From a virus (taxonomy: Duplodnaviria; Heunggongvirae; Uroviricota; Caudoviricetes): a stretch of DNA of 5,751 nt. This document shows positions 1 to 5,379 of this stretch, piece after piece (positions within the stretch are counted from its first letter, which is position 1; every line of letters starts with the position of its first letter). A program made the position numbers and the translations under genes. The stretch spans positions 1-5,751 of the IMG/VR virus record IMGVR_UViG_2695420564_000009. One strand, written 5' to 3'. Under the pieces are notes generated by a model, which was not told the DNA's origin, ran no database searches, and saw only the letters and a program-made list of their open reading frames with translations.

Positions 1-696
1 CTACCACCATCGAAGCGACCGAGCTATTCCAGCAGGCAGGCGTACTATTTGCACCAGGTAAACTTTCCAGTCGTAGATGGGGTAAACGTACCAACTGTGT
101 CCGCCTGGCGCAGCAGTAGTCCAGGGCTTATCGTCGGCAAAACGCTGTTTATTTAAACTGGCGATGGCGACAAAACGGTTATAGGACTCATCAGCGCGGA
201 TGCCGATCATCATCGCTGCCGGACGTTTTTGCGAAAACCAATCGGCAAATTCACGCACGAATTGTTCGAAGGTCATTCCGGGTTGATAAAACGAGAAAAA
301 TTCAGGATCGGTTATTGCGTCTTTTGGTGGCTGACGCACCCATTCAATACCCGGTTCCCAACATTGCCATTCTGGTTGATATTGGGAAAGCGAATTTTGC
401 GTTGTTAATGGCAGCGCTACCCAGTAAAACGCTTCAGTGACGTCGGCATATTGTTTCCGTAGAGACTGGACATAGTCGATGGTGTAGGTAAACTGCGCTT
501 CCCAATCGATGAATAAAATATAAATTTTTTTATTGAGTTTTCTCGCCAGTTCCGCGGTCAGATGGAGCATTAAACCAGAATCTTTACCGCCAGAAAAAGA
601 CACGCATACGCGAGGCAGGGTATTGAGTGTCCAGGTGATACGGTCTTGCGCTGCTTCCAGAATATTGAGCGGGAGAGGAATTTTATATATGGACAT
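1..696 (-). CDS. PAPS reductase-like PP-loop family protein (phosphoadenosine phosphosulfate reductase / YbdN-like), partial: C-terminus lies beyond the window start
   Basis: ORF on minus strand with ATG at 696..694 running off the window edge. Translation carries the PP-loop motif SGGKDS near the N-terminus (VSFSGGKDSG) and a PIYDW motif, both typical of the PAPS-reductase-like family. No strong Shine-Dalgarno seen upstream. Family call rests on motif recognition only. Confidence 0.8.
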   Translation of the reverse strand: MSIYKIPLPLNILEAAQDRITWTLNTLPRVCVSFSGGKDSGLMLHLTAELARKLNKKIYILFIDWEAQFTYTIDYVQSLRKQYADVTEAFYWVALPLTTQNSLSQYQPEWQCWEPGIEWVRQPPKDAITDPEFFSFYQPGMTFEQFVREFADWFSQKRPAAMMIGIRADESYNRFVAIASLNKQRFADDKPWTTAAPGGHSWYVYPIYDWKVYLVQIVRLPAGIARSLRWW

Positions 697-727
697 CTGA
701 ATATGCGCCCTGAACGTGATATGTCAA

Positions 728-1309
728 TCAGTGAGATGGTCTACTCATTATCCAGCGCGGATTGCTCGGCGTCAACGCCTTTGGCAGCGGGNNGATGTAC
801 NCAGNNNGNNGCTCAGGATACATGGCGTTAATTTCTTTAGTCCTGATAATTGCTTCAGTGAGGTGTCCATCAAAAGTCGTCATCTCGTCATCGCCGAGAA
901 GCCCGCTTGCATTGATGACCATATCCACGGTGATATTTTCATGTGTACCGAACCTGACAAGGACAGCAGCCCGCTTGTCTTCAGATAACTGATTAAAGTT
1001 AACAGTTTCTGTATCCGGTTCAGGGTCGACCGGAACAAAGGAAGCCGACTCCTCATTCCAGCGGTTTTCCTGCATATATTCGGAATCCCAGGAATCGAGA
1101 GCAGGGCGGGCCATGCCGGGTTTATCCTCGCAGACAAGAAATTTATAAGCACAGTCCTGGGCTTCCGGGTATTGTTCCAGAAATAACCAGCTAAATTTGG
1201 CTCTTGCCCGGCGTTCGTCGCCTGCTTCAATGGCAGTGGCCACAGGTTTAGCGCCTTCTGCTGTTGCCTGTTCGTCCGGAATGGCGGCGCAAATAAAGAC
1301 TTTACTCAT
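728..1309 (-). CDS. Hypothetical protein (193 codons as read); 3' end passes through ambiguous bases so the true C-terminus and stop are uncertain
   Basis: Minus-strand ORF with ATG at 1309..1307 preceded by GAGGT at about 7 nt spacing. The reading frame runs through N bases at 792..810, which appear as X in the translation. Sits immediately upstream of and co-directional with the PAPS-reductase-like gene. No family recognised. Confidence 0.55.
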   Translation of the reverse strand: MSKVFICAAIPDEQATAEGAKPVATAIEAGDERRARAKFSWLFLEQYPEAQDCAYKFLVCEDKPGMARPALDSWDSEYMQENRWNEESASFVPVDPEPDTETVNFNQLSEDKRAAVLVRFGTHENITVDMVINASGLLGDDEMTTFDGHLTEAIIRTKEINAMYPEXXXXYIXPLPKALTPSNPRWIMSRPSH

Positions 1310-1401
1310 TTTGTTTTACCTCATTACAGATTTAAGGGTGAACAAATCCCTGCCATTGCTGACATATAAAAATAAAGCCGGATATTTATTATGGGGCTGT
1401 T

Positions 1402-1593
1402 TTAAAGGCCTGCCGGGATTTCGTTATTGTTCATGCGAATAACTTTGTCGACAGGATAACAGTTCCCGGGAATTTTTTGCTCTGCCGCGGCAGTCATGCA
1501 TTCTTCCATTGAGTCATGTATGTCAATAACAAGATCAATCGGTTCACCAGAAACAAACAAAACAGTCAGAACGAGTACAAATGCCGTATTCAT
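1402..1593 (-). CDS. ydfD: Small secreted/membrane protein, YdfD-like (63 aa), reported for Qin prophage as a lysis protein
   Basis: Start chosen at the internal ATG 1593..1591 (MNTAFVLVLTVLFVSGEP...), which overlaps the dicB stop in an ATGA arrangement. Hydrophobic signal-peptide-like N-terminus. Length and position directly after dicB match the recalled 63-aa YdfD of prophage Qin. The ORF track gives a longer form starting at 1647, which lacks a good RBS. Confidence 0.65.
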   Translation of the reverse strand: MNTAFVLVLTVLFVSGEPIDLVIDIHDSMEECMTAAAEQKIPGNCYPVDKVIRMNNNEIPAGL

Positions 1594-1778
1594 TGCCTGC
1601 ATCCTGTTTGCATCAGACGTAAACGGGCCAGCATCGAAACAATGCATATTTTATTTAGCAGTTCCTGTTCGTGTTTTCTTTTATTAATGGCATCTTCAGT
1701 AAATATCTGATTGCTGATAGTGACACCAATTTCAAAACAACCTTCAGACGTATTAACGTTTGGTAATAACGTTTCCAT
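1590..1778 (-). CDS. dicB: Cell division inhibitor DicB (62 aa)
   Basis: ATG at 1778..1776 preceded by GAGGA at about 7-8 nt spacing. Translation METLLPNVNTSEGCFEIGVTISNQIFTEDAINKRKHEQELLNKICIVSMLARLRLMQTGCRQ closely matches the recalled E. coli DicB sequence, with the same 62-aa length. The ORF track shows a longer 97-aa form from 1883, which overlaps the DicF region and is unlikely. Confidence 0.85.
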   Translation of the reverse strand: METLLPNVNTSEGCFEIGVTISNQIFTEDAINKRKHEQELLNKICIVSMLARLRLMQTGCRQ

Positions 1779-1947
1779 TATCGCGTCCTCAACAATGAAT
1801 TTTGTGATGCGGTGCCTGGTGCCTCCAGGTGACGTTAACCAGTTAACAATTAACGCCGGATACAGAGAATCCACCCATAACACTGTTTTTGGTTTTAACT
1901 GTTCCGCGTGCGCTCAGCCGCATTCACCACATCACAAAATTCACTTT

Positions 1948-1990
1948 AAAAAGGGCGGCAGAGCAGTCACGGAGTAAAACTGATACCGCC
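1948..1990 (-). terminator. Intrinsic terminator-like hairpin plus U5 tract forming the 3' end of DicF
   Basis: On the minus strand GGCGG (1990..1986) pairs with CCGCC (1958..1954), followed directly by five T (1952..1948). Seen in sequence; read-through into dicB must still occur because dicB lies downstream. Confidence 0.6.
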
Positions 1991-2005
1991 AAACGTCACC
2001 AGAAA
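1953..2005 (-). ncRNA. dicF: DicF small regulatory RNA (53 nt mature form; U-tail extends to 1948), antisense regulator of ftsZ and other mRNAs
   Basis: Minus-strand sequence TTTCTGGTGACGTTTGGCGGTATCAGTTTTACTCCGTGACTGCTCTGCCGCCC followed by TTTTT matches the recalled DicF sequence and lies between ydfC-like and dicB as in Qin. Mature end coordinates are approximate and come from recall, not mapping. Confidence 0.8.
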
Positions 2006-2345
2006 ATTGATAACAGAGGGCGTTGCAGCGGGGTTGTCACTTAAGCGTATGGTCAACCTGACAACCCGGTGTCCTCAACGGGGAAGGAATAACCCCGCCA
2101 TACTTACCGCCGCGCCATTTCGCGGAGTGCCACAACCGGAAGCGCACGGTCGACGAAAATTTAACGACAGGCTATCTATGAACCAGCTACCTCGCCGTGC
2201 GCTTTCGCGTTATGGTCTGACTTTTCAGGGAAATATCCTTTCAGTAAACTGTCAGTGCCGGATGCTCACCCGTGTCCGGCACACGCACTCCACCTCACCC
2301 GTGGAGAACTCCTTAATTACCAACCTTAGCTTCGTTGGTTAGCTA

Positions 2346-2564
2346 TTAACGCGGGTATGTAATCATTCTGGCAATGCTTAATGCCGCTGCTTTTTCCAGA
2401 TTGGTGATATCCTGCTCCAGAGCGGACAGATTTTCAGCCTGCTTAGCTCTGGCTTCATTAGCCCATTTCAGATCCTGCGCTGCATTAATTTTCTGGCGCA
2501 TCCACTCATAAAGTTCATCATCGGTATAGTCTGGCGCGATGATGACGGGTTCTCGTTTCTGCAT
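2346..2564 (-). CDS. ydfC: Small coiled-coil hypothetical protein, YdfC-like (72 aa)
   Basis: ATG at 2564..2562 preceded by GAGGAA at about 6 nt spacing. Length (72 aa) and position third in the leftward operon, upstream of dicF, match recalled Qin ydfC. Function unknown. Confidence 0.7.
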   Translation of the reverse strand: MQKREPVIIAPDYTDDELYEWMRQKINAAQDLKWANEARAKQAENLSALEQDITNLEKAAALSIARMITYPR

Positions 2565-2593
2565 ACTGATTCCTCGCGGTGCTGTTTCGCTTA

Positions 2594-2722
2594 TCAGCCG
2601 TTAGATTTTGCCGAACTGGAAAGCACCTGTTTAAATTCGTTGAAGCTGTGAGCTTCTTCGCCTTCGGCAAGGCCTTCGAAGTATTCTTCGTAAGCCTTTT
2701 CCATGATTGTGTCAAAATCCAT
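2594..2722 (-). CDS. ydfB: Small acidic hypothetical protein, YdfB-like (42 aa): MDFDTIMEKAYEEYFEGLAEGEEAHSFNEFKQVLSSSAKSNG
   Basis: Not in the supplied ORF track (too short); found by hand translation of the minus strand. ATG at 2722..2720 with AGGTGA about 6 nt upstream, stop TGA at 2596..2594. Its start sits 1 nt after the ydfA-like stop (TGATATG). Length and position match recalled Qin ydfB. Confidence 0.6.
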   Translation of the reverse strand: MDFDTIMEKAYEEYFEGLAEGEEAHSFNEFKQVLSSSAKSNG

Positions 2723-2723
2723 A

Positions 2724-2879
2724 TCACTCACCTGAGTTTCTTTCCAGCCAGCGACGGGCACCATTTTCGGTTTTAAACGTTTTGCTTTTGGTATACGTCA
2801 TTGCGGTGAACGTACCGTCCTGGTTGGGGAACACGCCACATACCAGAGATTCGCTGTTGCCAAGATCGATAGTATCCAT
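2724..2879 (-). CDS. ydfA: Small hypothetical protein, YdfA-like (51 aa): MDTIDLGNSESLVCGVFPNQDGTFTAMTYTKSKTFKTENGARRWLERNSGE
   Basis: Preferred start ATG 2879..2877 with a GGGGAAATGAGG purine-rich RBS upstream, giving 51 aa as in recalled YdfA. An in-frame upstream ATG at 2960 with GAGG about 9 nt upstream would give 78 aa and cannot be excluded. First gene of the leftward operon downstream of the repressor. Confidence 0.65.
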   Translation of the reverse strand: MDTIDLGNSESLVCGVFPNQDGTFTAMTYTKSKTFKTENGARRWLERNSGE

Positions 2880-3067
2880 GCTGACCTCATTTCCCCTTAA
2901 CGCCGGGGTAGCGGAACAAAAACCTGCTGCATAGTTATTAAAGTTGAACCCTGCCGTCATGTTCTTACGCCTCGGGCTGGCTACTTAACCCCTGACCACT
3001 GCCTGGTAACTCGAAGTATTGCCCTGCATTCTGTGGGGCGGGGTGGGTTGGTATGAAAAGAAGGATA

Positions 3068-3100
3068 CCCATAGGTATTTAAAAAGTAAATACCTATGGG
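3068..3100. promoter_or_regulatory. Perfect 14-bp-arm inverted repeat CCCATAGGTATTTA-aaaag-TAAATACCTATGGG; candidate left operator overlapping an early-left promoter, or alternatively a terminator-like hairpin after the repressor gene
   Basis: Palindrome seen directly in sequence, 44 bp downstream of the repressor stop and upstream of the ydfA-like gene. The half-site resembles the CCTGTGGGTATT repeats in the repressor/cro intergenic region. On the minus strand TTTACC-17 nt-TAAATA overlaps it as a possible -35/-10 pair. Function is inferred. Confidence 0.45.
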
Positions 3101-3143
3101 TAAATTTTGCGGTGTCTTAACTGGTGACTAGTTGTTTGGTGAG

Positions 3144-3563
3144 CTATGATGCGTTTTGTGCTTTCTTTTTACGGATTTCTTCGTAGATCATATTGTAATA
3201 CTGTTTTTTCTCTTCAAGAGTTTTTAATAATTTATCCGCTTCACTTTCTGGCAGTTCGTCTAAGAGATCTAAAAAAATACGTTGTCGTGGCGTTAGAACC
3301 CTTGTTTCATAACTGGAGGCTGTGTTCGTTGATGATGAAACGATACCATCCATCCATCCCCGGGGTAACCCAAAGGACTCTTCGATAATCTCCACCATAT
3401 CATCAGCGATCCGTTTTTTTCCCTTTTTCCCCTCTGGGTACAACATTCTTGATACATAAGAAGGCTCGCGCCCGATCTTTCTGGCCACGTTAACCGCTTT
3501 ACCATCGCATTTCTCATCACGAATTTTGATGAGTTGCTGTCGTCTAAATTCATATTTGTCCAT
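3144..3563 (-). CDS. Prophage CI-type repressor (139 aa) with predicted helix-turn-helix, DicA/RacR-like role
   Basis: Minus-strand ORF diverging from the cro-like gene. HTH-like segment GKAVNVARKIGREPSYVSRML. No Shine-Dalgarno before the ATG, and a TATTAT -10-like hexamer sits 6 nt upstream, consistent with a leaderless transcript as for lambda cI from PRM. Role assigned by position and architecture. Confidence 0.75.
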   Translation of the reverse strand: MDKYEFRRQQLIKIRDEKCDGKAVNVARKIGREPSYVSRMLYPEGKKGKKRIADDMVEIIEESFGLPRGWMDGIVSSSTNTASSYETRVLTPRQRIFLDLLDELPESEADKLLKTLEEKKQYYNMIYEEIRKKKAQNAS

Positions 3564-3663
3564 AGGTAAATAATAGATGCGATTACCGCAAGGTAAACAA
3601 CCTGTGGGTATTGACTTTTGTTTACCTGTGGGTATTCTTTGCTGTGTTTACTAAGGAGTAGCT
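3564..3663. promoter_or_regulatory. Divergent promoter/operator region between the repressor and the cro-like gene (OR-like)
   Basis: Two direct copies of CCTGTGGGTATT (3601..3612 and 3625..3636), a related CCATAGGTAAAT at 3560..3571 overlapping the repressor start, and GTAAACA/TGTTTAC inverted elements. Plus-strand TTGACT (3611..3616) and TATTCT (3633..3638) with 16-nt spacing form a plausible rightward promoter. AAGGAG at 3653..3658 is the RBS for the cro-like gene. Confidence 0.55.
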
Positions 3664-3945
3664 ATGAAAGAATTAAGAATATTTCTCAATTCTCTTTCGT
3701 CAGATGAACAGCGTATGTTTGCATGCGAGTGTGGTACCAGCATCGGTTATCTAAGAAAGGCATTGAGTAAAGGTCAAGTGTTAGGGGCATCGTTATGTGT
3801 CCTTATTGAGCGAGCCAGTAATGGTGAAGTTACACGTCAGCAACTAAGGCCTTTTGATTGGATGAATATTTGGCCCGAGCTGGAAGATACCAAAACGTTA
3901 ACACAACCACTTTCTAGGAGCTTGATTCATGAAAATCAAGCATGA
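3664..3945 (+). CDS. ydaS: Cro-like HTH regulator, YdaS family (93 aa)
   Basis: Strong RBS AAGGAG 5 nt before ATG 3664. First rightward gene diverging from the repressor. Small HTH-type protein immediately followed by, and overlapping by 17 nt, a YdaT-like gene, as in the Rac prophage ydaS-ydaT arrangement. Symbol assigned by synteny and family resemblance. Confidence 0.7.
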   Translation: MKELRIFLNSLSSDEQRMFACECGTSIGYLRKALSKGQVLGASLCVLIERASNGEVTRQQLRPFDWMNIWPELEDTKTLTQPLSRSLIHENQA

Positions 3946-4354
3946 ACACATCCGCATGGCGATGAATGTCTGGGCGCATCCGGACGGCGAAAAAGTGCCG
4001 GCTGCGAAAATTACCAAAGCGTATTTCGAGCTGGGAATGACGTTCCCGGAACTGTATGACGACAGCCATCCGGAAGCCCTGGCCCGTAATACCCAGAAAA
4101 TTTTCCGTTGGCTGGATAAAGACACCCCTGATGCTGTTGAAAAAATGCAGGCTCTGTTACCGGCGATCGAAAAGGCGATGCCGCCTTTGCTGGTGGCCCG
4201 TATGCGCAGCCACAGTTCTGAATATTACCGTGAGATCGTCGAACGGAGGGATCGGCTGGTGAAGGATGTCGATGATTTTGTTGCGTCAGCGGTTGTTTTG
4301 TATGACCAGATGAATCGCGGCGGCCCGGCAGGGAATGCTGTGGTGATGCACTAA
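3929..4354 (+). CDS. ydaT: YdaT-family protein (CII-like regulator, historically annotated as toxin YdaT), 141 aa
   Basis: RBS AGGAG 8 nt before ATG 3929. N-terminus MKIKHEHI and length about 140 aa match the recalled YdaT family. Position after the cro-like gene matches lambda cII and Rac ydaT. Confidence 0.75.
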   Translation: MKIKHEHIRMAMNVWAHPDGEKVPAAKITKAYFELGMTFPELYDDSHPEALARNTQKIFRWLDKDTPDAVEKMQALLPAIEKAMPPLLVARMRSHSSEYYREIVERRDRLVKDVDDFVASAVVLYDQMNRGGPAGNAVVMH

Positions 4355-4376
4355 AAGCACGGTGTTCGGGGGTTTT

Positions 4377-5339
4377 ATGAGCAGCAAGCTTCATGGTCTT
4401 GTCTGGGAAGGGTGCGCCTTCACCGGCATGATCTTATCCAGGGTGGCGGTTATGGCCCGTCTTGCAGACTACAGCAATGACGAGGGCGTGTCATGGCCTG
4501 CCATTGAAACTATCCGGCGTCAGATCGGTGCAAGAAGTGAATCCACAGTGAAATCGGCTATTGCAGAACTGGCGAAAGAGGGCTGGCTGACGAAGGAAGA
4601 GCGTAAGGTCGGTGGGCGTAATGTAAGCAATATCTATCGGCTTAATGTGGAAAAACTCGAAGCAGCTGCGGCGGCGGCGCGTGAGTCATATAAACCGAAA
4701 AGAAAAATTAGCCCGGCAAAAAATGACCCGTTAACAGTTGACCCGTCAAATATTGACCCCTCAACGGTTGACCCGTCAAATTTTGATGGATCAACTGTTG
4801 ATAAAAAACTGCCGATTAGGGGGCCGATGATTGACCCCGATCCGTCAGTATTAAAACCTGATCCGTCAGATAAAAGATCTTCTTGTCCGGACGCTTCGCA
4901 ACCGGACCCGCAGACGGCTGAACAGGATTTTTTAACCCGACACCCTGACGCGGTTGTGTTCAGTGCGAAAAAACGCCAGTGGGGAAGTCAGGAAGATTTG
5001 GTGTGCGCACAGTGGATCTGGGGACGAATCGTGAGTCTTTACGAGCAGGCGGCCAGCTATGATGGCGAGATCACTAGACCGAAAGAACCCAACTGGACAG
5101 CATGGGCCAATGACGTTCGCACAATGCGGATGCTGGATGGCAGAACTCACAGACAAATTTGTGAAATGTTTGGGCGTCTCCAGCGGGATTCGTTCTGGGT
5201 AAAAAACATCATGAGTCCGGCAAAACTCCGGGAAAAATGGGATGAACTGGTTATCCGCCTGGGGCGTTCGCCTGCGCAGCGTTGCGTGAATCACATTTCT
5301 GAACCGGACACTGAAATTCCGCCGGGCTTCAGGGGGTAA
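4377..5339 (+). CDS. Phage replication initiation protein (lambda O-like replisome organiser) with N-terminal winged-HTH-like region, DPS-rich linker and conserved phage C-terminal domain
   Basis: Long ORF after the ydaT-like gene. Preferred start ATG 4377 with GGGGG 4 nt upstream; the ORF track starts at GTG 4362. The linker-coding region contains tandem iteron-like repeats, as in lambda O. The C-terminal part resembles the conserved phage C-terminal domain of lambdoid replication proteins (recalled, not searched). Confidence 0.8.
   Translation: MSSKLHGLVWEGCAFTGMILSRVAVMARLADYSNDEGVSWPAIETIRRQIGARSESTVKSAIAELAKEGWLTKEERKVGGRNVSNIYRLNVEKLEAAAAAARESYKPKRKISPAKNDPLTVDPSNIDPSTVDPSNFDGSTVDKKLPIRGPMIDPDPSVLKPDPSDKRSSCPDASQPDPQTAEQDFLTRHPDAVVFSAKKRQWGSQEDLVCAQWIWGRIVSLYEQAASYDGEITRPKEPNWTAWANDVRTMRMLDGRTHRQICEMFGRLQRDSFWVKNIMSPAKLREKWDELVIRLGRSPAQRCVNHISEPDTEIPPGFRG
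4723..4812. repeat. Iteron-like array: six 15-bp-periodic units of form TTGACCCGTCAA (internally palindromic), ending in an A-rich unit; candidate replication origin inside the rep gene
   Basis: Seen directly: ATGACCCGTTAACAG, TTGACCCGTCAAATA, TTGACCCCTCAACGG, TTGACCCGTCAAATT, TTGATGGATCAACTG, TTGATAAAAAACTGC from 4723 in 15-bp register. Downstream are two GATCCGTCAG copies (4839, 4860) and four GATC sites within about 90 bp. Origin function inferred by analogy with ori-lambda lying within O. Confidence 0.6.
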
Positions 5340-5379
5340 GTGTTAATTTCTGGTCATGAGGTAATTTTCAGGAGGGCTT

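Noticed and set aside
728-1309. Possible ParB/sulfiredoxin-like nuclease identity for the 193-aa protein (a FDGHLTEA segment vaguely resembles a DGxHR motif)
   Set aside because: The match is weak and incomplete, and the C-terminal part is corrupted by N bases; not supportable without an HMM search.
646-1442. Plus-strand ORFs 646..831, 716..988, 762..992, 1197..1442 and minus-strand ORF 880..1230
   Set aside because: Overlap the 193-aa minus-strand gene or the N-containing region in alternative frames; several are artefacts of translating ambiguous bases.
1496-1710. Two overlapping plus-strand ORFs (63 and 64 aa)
   Set aside because: Antisense to the ydfD-like and dicB coding regions; odd composition; no RBS.
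1590-1883. Long 97-aa form of the dicB ORF and the 81-aa form of the ydfD-like ORF (start at 1647)
   Set aside because: Internal starts have good RBS and ATGA coupling and give the recalled 62-aa and 63-aa products; the long dicB form would also run into the DicF region.
1711-1977. 88-aa plus-strand ORF
   Set aside because: Antisense to dicB and to the dicF region; no RBS; the minus-strand features have strong independent support.
2007-2342. 111-aa plus-strand ORF (TTG start) in the ydfC-dicF spacer
   Set aside because: Arginine/proline-rich low-complexity translation, non-ATG start with no RBS, antisense to the dicB operon transcript, and lies in a region better explained as structured RNA.
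2518-2776. Minus-strand 69-aa ORF (2518..2727) and plus-strand 65-aa ORF (2579..2776)
   Set aside because: Both overlap the hand-identified ydfB-like ORF in other frames; highly basic or odd composition and no RBS. The 42-aa ydfB-like frame has a proper RBS and matches the expected gene order.
3146-3553. Plus-strand 80-aa ORF and minus-strand 86-aa ORF inside the repressor gene
   Set aside because: Nested in alternative frames of a well-supported repressor CDS.
4362-4376. GTG start at 4362 for the replication gene (as in the ORF track)
   Set aside because: No RBS upstream of the GTG, whereas the in-frame ATG at 4377 has a G-rich RBS; kept as an alternative only.
3898-4394. Minus-strand ORFs 3898..4125 and 4011..4394, and plus-strand ORF 4056..4262
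   Set aside because: Antisense or alternative-frame overlaps of the ydaT-like gene; low-complexity Arg/Pro/Ser-rich translations.
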